A stretch of 64,000 nt of DNA from Mustelus asterias (lineage: Eukaryota): NCBI RefSeq assembly GCF_964213995.1, contig NW_027590197.1, positions 620,001 through 684,000 of the forward strand, written 5' to 3'. Shown here one piece after another: positions 35,447 to 49,307 of this stretch. Positions within the stretch are counted from its first letter, which is position 1. Each line of letters opens with the position of its first letter. A program made the translations under genes and the position numbers. Under the pieces are notes generated by a model. It searched no databases and had not been told where the DNA came from. It was given only the letters and a program-made list of their open reading frames with translations.

Positions 35447-36439
35447 CGTGCTACGTTAACAAAATCAACAGTTACTAACCGAAATATAAAGCATCATGTG
35501 GTTTAGCTGACTTGACCATATTCCTATAGTTATTCAGTCATTAAAGACACAGTCATGGAGCATTAAACTTGCCTCGCAGGGCCCCTCATATCAACACACA
35601 GGCAGCTGCTTTGTGAGACTGCCAGCAGCACAGACAAGTCAGAGATAAGAGTGTCCTGAGAAGAGAGATTCATTGTGAAGGCTCAGGGACGGTTGATAAG
35701 ATGCAGCAATTCTATGATTCTAAAGAACATTCTTTCCTCTCTCCTTCCCCAAGAGCTGTGAATCTCCATCCCACACACTCTCCCTCCATTCTCACTCTGC
35801 TGTATCTAATATTCACCCTCCCAATTCTCCTGAAGGTGCTGATTGAGGCTGATTGACAGATCCATGCTCACTGCTTCCTGTCCACCACACACAAATCATA
35901 AGAAACAGGAGCTGCAGTTGGCCATTCAGCCCATCGAACTGCCTCAACCATTCATTGAGAATTGGCTGATCTACCGCAGCATCATTTCCCAATTTATCCC
36001 CCAGATAGAGAGAGAATAGAGCCAATGTTTCGAGTCTGGAGAGAGGAAAGAATGTTCCACAGAAACTAGAATTGTCTGTTCTGAATTTCTATCCTGCACT
36101 GACACTGATGACTTCTGTAAACTTGTTTTACAGGATACTGAAAGAGGAATCACAGGCCGAAATCTCAAACGTCACATCTCGATCTGACAGAGTCATATTC
36201 CTTAGGACCTGAATATCATTGGCCTTTGAATCGAGGAGAAATGATTGTCCGGTCTGATGACTTGAAAAGATTTCAAATATTAGTGTGACTGGAAAAGCGC
36301 CAACAGATTGCCACACTGGAGTGAGAGTGTTCCAGTGCACTGAGCTTGAACCAGTTACACAGCCTGAATAAATATCACACCATTCACAGCAGGGGTGTGG
36401 ACGAGTCTTCAACTGAAGAGAGGCAAGAACACCTGCACC

Positions 36440-37282
36440 ATGGAGAAACCATGGAAATGTGCAGACTGTGGGAAGAGATACAAATACCCCTCTGAACTGG
36501 AAGCTCATCGGCGCAGCCACACAGGGGAGAGACCATTCACCTGCTCTCAGTGTGGGGCGGGATTCACTCAGTTATCCAGCCTGCAGACACACCAGCGAGT
36601 TCACACTGGGGAGAAACCATTCACCTGCTCTCAGTGTGGGACGGGATTCACTCGGTTATCCAGCCTGCAGACACACCAGCGAGTTCACACTGGGGAGAGA
36701 CCGTTCACCTGCTCTCAGTGTGGGAAGGGATTCACTCAGTTATCCACCCTGCAGAGACACCAGCGAGTTCACACTGGGGAGGGGCCCTTCACCTGCTCTC
36801 AGTGTGGGAAGGGATTCACTCAGTCATCCAGCCTGCAGAGACACCAGCGAGTTCACACTGGGGAGAGGCCATTCACCTGCTCTCGGTGTGGGAAGGGATT
36901 CACTCAGTTATCCAACCTGCAGACACACCAGCGAGTTCACACTGGGGAGAGGCCGTTCACCTGCTCTCAGTGTGGGGTGGGATTCACTCGGTTATCCAGC
37001 CTGCAGACACACCAGCGAGTTCACACTGGGGAGAGACCGTTCACCTGCTCTCAGTGTGAGAAGGGATTCATTGATTTATCCGCCCTGCGGAGACACCAGC
37101 GAGTTCACACTGGGGAGAGGCCGTTCACCTGCTCTCAATGTGGGAAGGGATTCACTCGGTCCTCCCACCTGCAGAGACACCAGCGAGTTCACACTGGGGA
37201 GAAGCCGTTCACCTGCTCTCAGTGTGAGAAGAGATTCAGTCTTTCATCCCACCTGCTGAGACACCAACAAGTTCACGAGTGA
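36440..37282 (+). CDS. C2H2 zinc-finger protein, 10 tandem fingers, 280 aa, no effector domain
   Basis: ACCATGG start; uninterrupted CxxC-HxxxH repeats with TGE(R/K)PF linkers; acceptor TTTTACAG at 36133. Confidence 0.88.
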   Translation: MEKPWKCADCGKRYKYPSELEAHRRSHTGERPFTCSQCGAGFTQLSSLQTHQRVHTGEKPFTCSQCGTGFTRLSSLQTHQRVHTGERPFTCSQCGKGFTQLSTLQRHQRVHTGEGPFTCSQCGKGFTQSSSLQRHQRVHTGERPFTCSRCGKGFTQLSNLQTHQRVHTGERPFTCSQCGVGFTRLSSLQTHQRVHTGERPFTCSQCEKGFIDLSALRRHQRVHTGERPFTCSQCGKGFTRSSHLQRHQRVHTGEKPFTCSQCEKRFSLSSHLLRHQQVHE

Positions 37283-38330
37283 TTCCAGGGGTTGGATTCT
37301 GCTGTTATTGTTTCTGCTCTCAATTACATCCAGGACTGCATTTTGTTCATTCTCACAGTTGGTCAATGGGGAGGGTCAGAGGGTTTCTTTCTGCTGGACT
37401 GGCCGGTCTCACGACTTTGCCTCCAGTGGGCTGATGCTCTTTGAGTCTTGTTGCGAATACCTGGTTTTAAATTTCACAAGGATCACAGAGTGACAGGGTG
37501 TGAGGAAGTTCAGAGATATTTAGTCAGCATTTCTGTTTGAAACTCCCCCAGATGCCCCATCCAATTTCCTTTGTAATTGTTTATTGTCTCCACTTCCTCC
37601 ACCCTCGTAGGCAGCGGGTTCCAGGTCATTCCCATTCGCTGCATCAAAATATTCTCTCCCCACCCCCCCGCTGCATCTCTGATCCAAAACCTTAATTCTG
37701 TGTCCCCCTCGTCCTTGTCCCATCAGCGAATGGGAACAGCTTTTCTTTGTCCACCTTATCTAAACCTGTCAGAGTCTTGTCCACCTCTATCAAATCTCCC
37801 CTCAACCTCCTTTGCTCCAAGGAGAACAACCCCAGCCTGACATTGACAATAAAGAACAAACTAACAGAATGTGTTAATACCTGAAATCAAATGGGAATGT
37901 TTAATTTCTGTTTTAAAGATATTGTGAATATACTTTCCTGGACAATAAAGGAATTGGAATAACTCACCTTGGGTGTGGTTGAATGGAATATATCAATCTG
38001 GTATCCACCTACAGTCTAGTGAAAGTCTGGAATGTGTAGCTGGAAATCCCTCCCTAACAGCACTGCGGGTGTACTTACACCTCAGGCATTGTTGCAGTTC
38101 AGGAAGGCAGTGTTGGGGTTGACCATGGCCGAGGCAGCTACATACAGCCACATATTCTGTTATAATTGAAGGACAGCAGATTGAATGTGAGGCATTATGG
38201 GACATGACTATCTTGACCACATTCCTGTGACTGCTCAGTTTCTCCAATCATGGACCATTAAAGCTGCTTAGCAGGGCCCCAACAGAGGACCTGGTGAGAA
38301 TATTTACTCAGAATGAGTTAGAATTAAACT

Positions 38331-38652
38331 GGGGCAGGATTGTGGTCCAGTGGTTAGCACTGCTGCCTCACAGCGCCAGGGACCTGGGTTTGATTCCCGG
38401 CTTGGGTCACTGTCTGTGTGGAGTTTGCACATTCTCCCCGTGTCTGTGTAGGTTTCCTCCGGGTGCTCCAGTTTCCTCCCACAGTACAAAGATGTGTGGG
38501 TTAGGTGGATTTGCCATGATAAATTGCCCCTTAGTGTCAGGGGGACTAGCTAGGGTAAATGCATGGGGTTATGGGGATAAGGTCGGTAGGATTGTGGTTG
38601 GTGCAGACTTGATGGGCCGAATGGCCTCCTCCTGCACTGTGGAGATTCTATG
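38331..38652 (+). mobile_element. HE1-type SINE
   Basis: Full head, V domain and CR1-like tail; absent from paralogous site ~22978. Confidence 0.88.
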
Positions 38653-39414
38653 AGATTATTGCAGGACCGGCTGGTGTTCAGCAGCTGAGAAACCTGGAAT
38701 CTGTAAAAATGGGGTCTGACTAATCAACAAACGGTGGTAGGTACCTGACTAAGAAGTCAAGAAGCGTTCTCAGGCATGTTTAAATTATTTTATCATAAAT
38801 TTGTGATAAGAACTGTGAGGGACTTGTGACCTGATAGTCGGTGAAGTGACGGTATACTCCAAATAGCACTGGACTGAAAAGCAGACCTCTGAGAGTAGAT
38901 TCTAATGGTTATAATCCTACCCAAGCATGGCCAGTGAAAAATCAGAGCTCAAGTGGGGACTGGACAGGTCTCTTACCTGCCATTTGGAAACTAAGAACAA
39001 GAAACTTATCGATTAAAATGATTAGAGAATAGAGCCAATCTTTCGAGTCTGGATGACACTTCATAAGAGCTCTTATAAAGGGTCATCCAGACTCGAATCA
39101 TTGGCTCTATTCTCTCTCCACAGATACTGTCAGACCTGCGGAGATTTTCCAGCATTTTCTGTTTTTGTTTCAGATTCCAGTATCCGCAGTCTTTCACTTT
39201 TATGATAAAATGATTAAGTCTGATTGGAATCCCCACGACCCTCCCGCGAAACAGAGGGAGTGGTGGCAAAGGGAGAAAAAGGATAAGGATGATAAAGTCT
39301 GGGTTCTGATTCTCTGAGCCCATGTAGAATAAACAAAATGAGTGAATCAGTTTATAAAGAACAGAAGTTACCCATCCCTAACAAAAACTGATCAAATTAA
39401 ATAGATTGAGGAAT

Positions 39415-39668
39415 ATCATAGAATCCTACAGTGCAGAAAGAGGCCATTCGGCCCATCGAGTCTGCACCAACCACAATCCCACCCAGGCCCTATCCACATA
39501 TCCCTACATATTTACCCACTAACCCCTCTAACCTATGCAGTTTAGAATGGCCAATCAACCTCGCCCGCACATCTTTGGACTGTGGGAGGAAACCGGAGCA
39601 CCCAGAGGAAACCCATGCAGACACAGGGAGAATGTGCAAACTCCACACAGACAGCAACCTGAGCCGGG
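39415..39668 (-). mobile_element. HE1-type SINE, 5'-truncated
   Basis: Reverse-complement match to other copies. Confidence 0.85.
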
Positions 39669-39972
39669 ATATAACAAAAAAAAGAACAAAAAAAATTAAT
39701 AGATGAAGTTTAAAATCATTTGTTTTGTTTTAAACTTGTGTAAAGTGATGTAATTGTGGGCCAAGTTTTTTCTGCTCACTCCCCAACCCTTGAGGTTCTA
39801 TAGAAAAGTTAACCCTTTCAGCAGACAGTTCATTTGTTTTTAAATCGCCTGAAAACTATGTGTCTATTTTAGTTTATAATTGAAGATTTATGGGAATTGG
39901 CTAAGATGGGCTTTTTAACATTTTTAAAGTATAAAAAAGTGGTCTTGAGAAGGCAATTTGGTCAAGAGAGGT

Positions 39973-40296
39973 GGAATCATAGAAACCCTACAGTGCAGAA
40001 GGAGGCCATTTGGCCCATCGAGTCTGCACCGACCACAATCCCACCCAGGCCCTACCCCCACATATTTACCCACTAATCCCTCTAACCTACGCATCTCAGG
40101 GACAATTTTTTTTTTAACCTGGCCAATCAACCTAACCCGCACATCTTTGGACTGTGGGAGGAAACCGGAGCACCCGGAGGAAACCCACGCAGACAATGTG
40201 CAAACTCCACACAGACAGTGACCCGAGCCGAGAATCGAACCCGGGACCCTGGAGCTGTGAAGCAGCAGTGCTAACCACTGTGCTACCGTGCTGCCC
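39973..40296 (-). mobile_element. HE1-type SINE
   Basis: Reverse-complement match, full length. Confidence 0.88.
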
Positions 40297-40667
40297 TAAG
40301 GGAGGGAGAGATGTTTACAGGGAGATGTTGAGAGCTGTTGGTTTTACAAGTTATCCATGTTTTTGGAGCGGTCACTTCATGTCCTGGTCTGAGAGGGATG
40401 GAGAGAAGTCTGTTCAATTGTTAATGTTAAACTTTCTCTATTAACTGTTAATTGACACTCTTTTTTATCTTTCTGACTTGTTACATTTTTAATGATTAAT
40501 AAAGTTTCTGAATTCACCATTTAAAGTGTTCTTTCTTGCCATATGGTTAAGACACTGGAACCTGGTGTGATTTACTATTAGGGAGGTTATTGTAAACAAG
40601 AGAACCCCCATAAATCTTAGTTCAAATAAATCAAAGTTCTGACAAATGGAATGTTATCCTTTATTAT

Positions 40668-41464
40668 TCCGGACAAATGTGAGGTAATACATTTTGGAAG
40701 GTCTAATACAGATAGGAAATATACAGTAAATGGCAGAACCCTTAAGAGTATTGAAAGGCAAAGGGATCTGGGTGTACAGGTACACAGGTCACTGAAAGTG
40801 GCAATGCAGGTGGAGAAGGTAGTCAAGAAGGCATACGGCATGCTTGCCTTCATCGGCCGGGGTATTGAGTTTAAAAATTGGCAAGTCATGTTGCAGCTTT
40901 ATAGAACCTTAGTTAGGCCGCACTTGGAATATAGTGTTCAATTCTGGTCGCCACACTACCAGAAGGATGTGGAGGCTTTGGAGAGGGTCCAGAAAAGATT
41001 TACCAGGATGTTGCCTGGTATGGAGCGCATTAGCTATGAGGAGAGGTTGGAGAAACTTGGTTTGTTCTCACTGGAATGACGGAGGTTGAGGGGGGACCTA
41101 ATAGAAGTCTACAAGATTGAGAGGCATGGACAGAGTGGATAGTCAGAAGCTTTTTCCCAGGGTGGAAGAGTCTATTAGGGGGCATAGGTTTAAGGTGCAA
41201 GGTTTAAAGGAGATGTTCGAGGCAGATTTTTTACAGAGTAGTGGGTGTTTGGAACTCGTTGGCGGGGAAGGTAGTGGAAGCGGATACAGTCGTGACTTTT
41301 AAGGAGCATCTTGACAAATACATGAATAGGATGGGAATAGAGGGATATGGTCCCCGGAAGGGTAGGAGGTTTTAGTTAAGTCGGGCAGCATGGTCGGTGC
41401 AGGCTTGGAGGGCCAAAGGGCCTGTTCCTGAGCTGTAATTTTCTTTGTTCTTGGTTCTTTGTTC
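40668..41464 (+). mobile_element. CR1 3' fragment with short target duplication
   Basis: ORF 40651..41079; tail TTCTTTGTTC; TATTAT on both sides; empty site in paralog ~21555. Confidence 0.92.
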
Positions 41465-43282
41465 TATTATGAGACAAATTGAACAGAGAAGTAAAGATGT
41501 TCTGCTTCAGTTATACAGGGCGTTGCTGAAACTGCATCTTGAACACTGGGTGCAGCTTTGTCTCCTATTTAAGAAATGATACAAATGCATTGAAAGTGGT
41601 TCAGAGGAGGTTTAATAGATTGTTTCCCAATTCTTGACCCTCACAGGATAAATTTTGTCCGATTTTTCTTGTCTTCACCTCTGACAAAGAGTAATCCTGA
41701 CTCAAAACGTTGTCTCTATTCTCTCTTTACAGATGCTGTCAGACTTGCTGAAATTGTTCAGGATTTTCTGTTTTTGTTTCAGATTCCAACAACAGCAGAA
41801 TTTTGCCTTTATACTAATTCTTGTTGGATAAGGACATCAAAAGTATCGGGTATAGCACGAGAACGCAACACAAAAAGATCAGCCATGATCTAAATAAATG
41901 GTGGAGGAAACTCAAAGGGCCAAATGGCCGACTTCTGCTCCGATGTCGAATGTTGGTCACAAATTCCTGAGAATTGTGAACCAAGGCTGGAAGATTCGCC
42001 TTGCTTGTGTTAGTGGGAAAATGTCCAGGAGAACCATCACTGTGAAGGACAGTTCTGGGATTAAAGGTTGCCAGACTGGAAAAGGAAAACAATGGAAATA
42101 AACCCTTGGGGAGTAAAGAATCACTTTGGACTGGTTTTTGGAGAAAGTGTGTCAACATTCCAAGGCAGAGTAAAGTATATTCATTGAGTGGATATTTAAT
42201 GGTGTTAAGAGTAAAAGGGCAAAGTTTAATTTGACAGTTTAAGGGCTATGTTCCCTATAAAAAAGTGTTCAATCATTGTTGCTTCAAGTTTGTTGGAGGA
42301 AACATCAGAAAACTTGAAGTTTTGTCGTGTGAATCTTTAATTTGTTTACTGGGTTTAGAATTCATTTTTAAAAAATTGTTGATCATCAGAGATCTGAACA
42401 GTTCATTTAAAGCCCCACGTTTCGACTTCCCATTTGAACCTGGGGCACCTTTCTGTCTCTCTATTGCTCGTGTCAATGACAGCCAGGCGACGGAGCTGAG
42501 GGCTGAATTTAGCTGAGAATAATGGGGCCTGCACTCCAGTTGGGAAACTGCCATGAGCGTCACACTAATAGAGAGACAGGAAGGTGCTGGAGGACTGAGT
42601 GGGAAATGGGCCTCCAACCAATTGTTATATCAGTCACTCAGAGCTAAAGAGAAACCTGTCTCTATAAATACATATACAGGGAAGAGGCTGCACTGAAATC
42701 TGTCCCTTTTAACCTGCACAGAAGCAGGAGGCTGAGATTGACAGGCTGCAGGAGGAGTCCATTCAGCCCATCATGTCCCTGCTATCTCTTTTAAAGAACT
42801 CTCTGATTTATCCAACTGCTCTGTTCTTTCCCCACAGCCCTGCAAATTCTTCCCTTTCAAGTCTTTACCCTTTGGAAATATACTATTGAATCTTTCAAGC
42901 AGATCAGAACAATTTGTTGTGTCAAAAAATAAAATTTCATCTCCCCCTCTGGTTCCTTTGCCAATTACCTTCGAGGGACTCACTTTCTGTTAAAGAGCCT
43001 GCCAACCCCTCTCACCCACTTTCCCTAAAGTGCATCAATCTCATCAGGAAAAGTCCAGCAAAATCAAATATTTTTACTGATAAAAGTTTATTAATGAAAC
43101 AGAACATGGTTAAAACAAACAGAAAATGACTTGAGGATCTAAGACAACCAGAGTAAAAGGATGTTCACAATGTTCTGGACACAAATGGTTTCTCTTTATC
43201 TGTTCCCTGACCTCATTGTGGTAAAGGCAGAATTCTCGATAGTAAATTTAAAAAGAAGTTTATTGAATGAAAAAGGTTTACT

Positions 43283-43560
43283 GAACACAGTGGCACAGTG
43301 GTTACTGCTGCCTTACAGCGTCCTGGCTTGGGTCCCTGTCTGTGCGGAGTCTGCACATTCTCCCCATGTCTGCATGGGTTTCCTCCAGGTCCTCCGGTTT
43401 CCTCCCACAGCCCAATGATGTGCAGGCTAGGTGGATTGGCCATGCTAAATTCTCATTCAGTATACCTGAACAGGCACCAGAGTGTGGCAACTCGGGGAAT
43501 TTCACAGTAACTTCATTGCAGCGTGAATGTAAGCCTACTTGTGACTAATAAATAAACTTT
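43283..43560 (+). mobile_element. tRNA/V-SINE with alternative tail
   Basis: Tail CCTACTTGTGACTAATAAATAAACTTT. Confidence 0.8.
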
Positions 43561-44022
43561 CTAAGACATTGATTTTTACAACTTCATGCGGGTGATCAGT
43601 CCGTAGAAGAGTAACCCTCTCTGGCTCCTTCTTTGTCAGGAATTCTTGTGGAATTCAGCCTCGGGAGTCTGGCTCCTTCTTTGACAGTAATTTCCTTGGA
43701 ATTCAGCCTTGGGAGTTTTCAGAATTTGGTTCACAAGGAAAACCTTCAGAACCTCTACTTTTATCCCCAAAGTGACCGTTACCACACGTCAGAGTTGGGC
43801 CTGTTGTAACATGACAATTGGTCAATTTGGTCACCAGATTAATTGAATTGGATCCTCAATTACTGACACCACCACCTCTCATTATCTTAGACAGGAATAC
43901 AAGAGAACTGGTTCATGCTGTCCCTTTATCTGATTCTATACATTCCCCTTATTCACACAGGTTCAAATGTTGAGGCTAATCAGAGCTTGAAAATCTCTCT
44001 CGCCAGTACACTACGCCAGCTG

Positions 44023-44320
44023 CGGCACGGTGGCACAGTGGTTGGCATTGCTGCCTCACAGCGCCAGGGATCGATTCTCGGCTTGGATCACTGTCCATGT
44101 GGTGTCTGCACGTTCTCCCCGTGTCTGCTTGGGTTTCCTCCAGCTGCTCCTGTATCCATCCCCAGTCTGAAAGATGTGCTGGTTCAGTGCATTGGCCATG
44201 ATACATTCTCCCTCAGTGTAACCCGAACAGGCAACGGAGTGTGGTGACTAGGGGATTGTCACAGTAACTTCATTGCAGTGTTAATGTGAGCCTACTTGTG
44301 ACACAAATAAATAAATTTTA
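44023..44320 (+). mobile_element. tRNA/V-SINE with alternative tail
   Basis: Same structure as 43283-43560. Confidence 0.8.
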
Positions 44321-46881
44321 AAAATTTATCTTCATTGCGCATTCGTTACATACACAGCAATTAAGATTTTACATTTTAACAGCAAATAAAAACTCAGTCT
44401 TTTACTATAACGACTGATTCATTAATTGTAACTCAATTAAGGGTCACTGCTTATTCAATCACCATGATGCCCCCTCCGTGGCCAATTCCTGAACGCCCCC
44501 GCCGTGCACATCCATCCCCCTTGGCAGAGATTCAGCCCCCCCTCCCCGCCCCCGATCTCCCTCCCCCATGCAAAGCTCCCCCCTTGGCGTCCACCCTCCT
44601 TACGTAAGCCCCCAGTCATTGTAAATACCCCTCCACTAAGCCCCACCCCCACCCATCCCCTTGGCACTGCCCATGAGACACTTATGGTGCTCAACTGGGC
44701 ACTGCCAGAGGCCAGGAGGGTACTGAATGTGGCGTTGCCCAATGGGCACTGCCCCTGACCACCATGGTGGCTTCAATGGCCTCCGATCCCACACACACAG
44801 CCCCCCCCACGCAACACACTCAGTGTGACCCAAGCACCTGGTCCCTGCTCGTGAAGACCAGTAGTGATTCTCGGCGATGTGACGTCTCGCCAGTGAGGGG
44901 GGGAAGCAGCCATGCTGAACCCACCAATCACATTGTAATGTAGGCAACTCTGTGCAAATAGCCTTCACTCCCTTTCTGGGAATGAAGCCGGCAAAACACA
45001 GGCCGGGAAGAGAGCAATCCTTTAGTCTCACACGCTATCTTCCTGGCTCACCGGTCTAATCGAGCGGCGAGTCGAGCCGGTAAGATCGCCCCCTGTATCT
45101 TTCTTTCACACTCAGACTGAACAATCAGCCTTATTCTTGAGGCAGATTTCACAGAATATAATGTCCTCTCGCTGATCAAAATGAAAGAAGAAATTCTTAG
45201 TTTAAACAATTCCTGCTCGCTACACAGATTCCACAAACATTGAGGTGAATACAGTGTGGTAACAACAAAATGACAACAATACAGTTCAGTAACAACAAAA
45301 CAAACCTTTTTAAACGTCATTTTTTTTGTTGTTATATTCCTGAACCTAATTATTTTAATTTGATCAGTTTTTGTTAGGGATGGGTAACTTCTGTTCTTTA
45401 TAAACTGGTTCACTCATTTTGTTGATTCTACATGGGCTCGGAGAATCAGAACCCAGACTTTATCATCCTTATCCTTTTTCTCCCTTTGCCACCACTCCCT
45501 CTGTTGTGCGGGAGGGTCGTGGGGATTCCAATCAGAACTAATCATTTTATCATAAAAGTAAAATACTGCGGATTCTGGAATCTGAAACAAAACAGAAATT
45601 GCTGGAAAGTCTCAACAGGTCTGACAGTATCTGTGGAGAGAGAATAGAGTCAATATTTCGAGTCTGGATCACCCTTCATAAGAGCTCTTCTGAAGTATAA
45701 TCCAGACTCAAAACGTTGGCTCTATTCTCTTATCATTGTATCGATAAGTTTCTTGTTCTTAGTTTCCAAATAGCAGGTAAGAGGCCTGTCCGGTCCCCAC
45801 TTGAGCACTGGTTATAATCCTATCCATGCTTGGATAGGATTATAACCATTAGAATGTACGCTCAGAGATCTGCTTTTCAGTCCAGTGCTACTTGGAGTAT
45901 ACCGTCACTTCACCGACTACCGGGTCACAAATTTATGATAAAATAATTTAAATAATGCCTGAGCACACTCTGAACCAACTACCTATCATCGTTTGTTGAT
46001 TGGTCAGACCCCCTTTTTACAGATTCAGGTATCTCACCAGCTGAAACCAGCCAGTCCTGGAATAAGTTTAACTCTAATTCATTCTGAGTAAATATTCTCA
46101 CCAGGTCCTCTGTCGGGGCCCTGCTAAGCAGCTTTAATGGTCCGTGATTGCAGAAACTGAGCAGTCACAGGAATGTGGTCAAGATAGTCCAGTCCCATAA
46201 TGCCTCACATTCAATCTGCAGTCCTTCAATTATAACAGAATATGTGGCTGTATGTAGCTGCCTCGGCCACGATCAGCGCCAACACTGCCTTCCTGAACTG
46301 CTACAATGCCTGAGGTGTAAGTACACTCACAGTGCTGTTAGGGAGGGATTTCCAGCGACACATTCCAAACTTTCACTAGACTGTAGCTGGATACCAGATT
46401 GATATATTCCATTCAACCACACCCAAGGTGAGTTATCCCAATTTCTTTATTGTCCAGGACAATATATTCACAATATCTTTAAAACAGAAATTAAACATTG
46501 AGGTAATTTCAGGTATTAACATACTCTGTTAGTTTGTTCTTTATTGTCGATGTCAGGCTGGGGTTGTTCCTCTTGGAGCAAAGGAGGTTGAGGGGAGATT
46601 TGATAGAGGTGGACAAGATTCTGACAGGTTTAGATAAGGTGGACAAAGAAAAGCTGTTCCCATTCGCTGATGGGACAAGGACGAGGGGGACGCAGATTTT
46701 GGTTCAGAGATGCAGTGGGGTGATGTGAGGAAGAATATTTTGATGCAGTGAATGGTAATGACCTGGAACTCGCTGCCTACGAGGGTGGAGGAAGTGGAGA
46801 CAATAAACAATTACAAAGGAAATTGGATGAGCATTTGGGGGGCTTTCAAACAGAAATGCTGACTAAATATCTCTCAACTTC

Positions 46882-47160
46882 CAGCCTGGGTTCGATTCCT
46901 GGCTTGGGTCACTTCTTTGTGGAGTTTGCACATTCTCATCGTGTCTGCATGGGTTTCCTCCGGGTGCTCCGGTTTCCTCCCACAGTCCAAAGATGTGCAG
47001 GTTAGGTGGATTGGCCATGCTAAATTGCCTCTTAGTGTCAGGGAGACCAGCTAAGCTAAATGCATGGGGTTATGGGGATAGGGCCTGGGTGGGATTGTGG
47101 TCGGTGCAGAGTCAATGGGCCGAATGGCCTCCTTCTGCACCGTCGGGTTTCTTTGATTCT
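46882..47160 (+). mobile_element. HE1-type SINE in ZNF 3' region
   Basis: B box GGTTCGATTCC, V domain, CR1-like tail. Confidence 0.85.
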
Positions 47161-47373
47161 TTGAACTCTGTTACCCTTGTGAAATTTAAAACCAGGTATT
47201 CGCAACAAGACTCAAAGAGCATCAGCCCATTGCAGGCAAAGTCGTGAGACCGGCCAGTCCAGCAGAAAGAAACCCTCTGACCCTCCCCATTGACTAACTG
47301 TGAGAATGAACAAAACGCAGTCCTGGATGTAATTGAGAGCAGAAACAATAACAGCAAAATTCAACCCCGAATA

Positions 47374-48129
47374 TCATTCATGAACGTGTTGGTGTCTCAG
47401 CAGGGCAAATGAAGCTCTGAATCCCTTCCCACACTGAGAGGTGAACGGCCTCTCTCCAATGTGAACTCGCTGGTGTCTCAGCAGGTGGGATGAAACTCTG
47501 AATCCCTTCCCACACTGAGAGCAGGTAAAGGGCCTCTCCCCAGTGTGAATGCGCTGGTGTGCCAGCTGGGTGGATAACTGAGCGAATCTCTTCCCACACT
47601 GAGAGCAGGTGAACGGTCTCTCCCCAGTGTGAAGTCGCTCGTGTGTCCGCAGGGTGGATGAATGACTGAATCCCTTCCCACACTGAGAGCAGGTGAATGG
47701 CCTCTCCCCAGTGTGAACTCGCTGGTGTGTCTGCAAGTGGGATAACTGAGTGAATCCCTCCCCACACTGAGAGCAGATGAACGGTCTCTCCCCAGTGTGA
47801 ACTCGCTGGTGTGTCCGCAGATTGGATAACCGAGTGAATCCCTCCCCACATTGCGAGCAGGTGAACGGTTTCTCCCCAGTGTGAACTCGGTGGTGTGTCT
47901 GCAGGTCGGATGAGTGAGTGAATTCCTTCTCACACACAGAGCAGGTGAACGGTCTCTCCCCGGTGTGAACTCGCTGGTGTCTCTGCAGACTGGATGAGTG
48001 ACTGAATCCCTTCCCACACACATAGCAGGTGAACGGTCTCTCCCCAGTGTGACTGCGTCGATGAGTTTCCAGATCAGATGGGACTTTGAATCCCTTACCA
48101 CAGTCCCCACATTTCCACGGTTTCTCCAT
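47374..48129 (-). CDS. C2H2 zinc-finger protein, 8 intact + 1 degenerate finger, 251 aa
   Basis: ACCATGG start at 48129; acceptor at 48488; exon 2 ~48656-48754; exon-1 donor at 49899-49900. Confidence 0.88.
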   Translation of the reverse strand: MEKPWKCGDCGKGFKVPSDLETHRRSHTGERPFTCYVCGKGFSHSSSLQRHQRVHTGERPFTCSVCEKEFTHSSDLQTHHRVHTGEKPFTCSQCGEGFTRLSNLRTHQRVHTGERPFICSQCGEGFTQLSHLQTHQRVHTGERPFTCSQCGKGFSHSSTLRTHERLHTGERPFTCSQCGKRFAQLSTQLAHQRIHTGERPFTCSQCGKGFRVSSHLLRHQRVHIGERPFTSQCGKGFRASFALLRHQHVHE

Positions 48130-49307
48130 GGTGCGGGTGTCCTTGTGACTCTCCAGGTTAAACAATCAGTTAGTCCCACACAGAACACGGGTACAGTCTC
48201 TCCCGCTGTGAATGCTGCGATGTATTTTCAGGCTGTGTAACTGGTTAAAGCTCTTTCCACACTCAGTGCCCTGGAACACTCTCACTTGGGGGTGTGTGTG
48301 TGTCTCGGTGCTTTTCCAGTCACACTGATCTTTAAAATCTTTTGAAGCAGCAAGAACAGAGAAACATTTCTCTTTCTGGAATCAAAGGTCGATAATATTC
48401 AGGTCTCGATAAATTGAGTGACTCTGTTAGATGTTGATGTGATGTTTGTTTTGGGTATTTGTCTGTAAATTCTCACCTTCTGATATCCTGTAAAATGAAT
48501 TTACAAAAGTAATTATTGTAAGTACAGGATAGAAATTCAGAACAGACAATTCCAGTTTCTATGGAACATTCTTTCCTCTCTCATTCCCCAAAAGCTGTAA
48601 ATCTCCATCCCACACACTCTCCCTCCATTCTCACTCTGCTGTATCTAATATTCACCCTCCCAATTCTCCTGAAGGTGCTGATTGAGGCTGATTGACAGAT
48701 CCATGCTCACTGCTTCCTGTCCCAGACACAGAGATCTGAAAATCTCCATGCAGGCTGCCAGACAGATATATGTCTATATGACTGGACTAAAAATGTGTGG
48801 AATGTACGGAGTGGATTCACTTCTTTTCCCCCCATTCAGTGGGTAAGGGTGGACAAGTCGCCAGGACCCAATCATGTCCTTGTTCTTGTGTGGTGACTAG
48901 ATTTGCACACAGTACTCTAGCTGTGTGCATTGTGCATAACTCCATCATAACCTCCTTTTCTTATATTCTATGCCTCGGCTAATAAAGGGAAGTATCCCAA
49001 ATCCTTCTTAACCATTTCATTAATCTACCCTGCTGTCTTCAGGGTCTGATGGACATGCACCCTAAGATTCTTCCGGTCCTCTGTACTTCCTGGGGACCAA
49101 CCATTCATTGTATGTTCCCTTGTCTTGTTAGTTCTCCCAAAATGAATTACCTCATACTTTCCAGGGTTAAATTGAATTTGCCATTGCTCTGTTCATCTAA
49201 CCAGCCCATCTGCATCCTGTTGTAATCTGAGGCTTTGCTCCTCACTATTTATCACATCTGTGAAAGTACTGATGATAAGTCTGACACATTTGGATCATTA
49301 AGGCGAG

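Larger units (their letters stand above)
35455..42788. repeat. Right arm of inverted segmental duplication (partner 20238-27162)
   Basis: Reverse-complement similarity; differs by arm-specific SINE/CR1/Penelope insertions. Confidence 0.88.
45320..48830 (-). repeat. Third copy of the ZNF duplication unit (same orientation as 22205-26580)
   Basis: 45320-46880 aligns to 22205-24050, followed by shared 3'UTR, ZNF exon and exon 2. Confidence 0.85.

Noticed and set aside
44410-45093. GC-rich segment resembling a non-autonomous DNA transposon (also 3960-4230)
   Set aside because: No paired terminal inverted repeats or TSD could be identified in the window.
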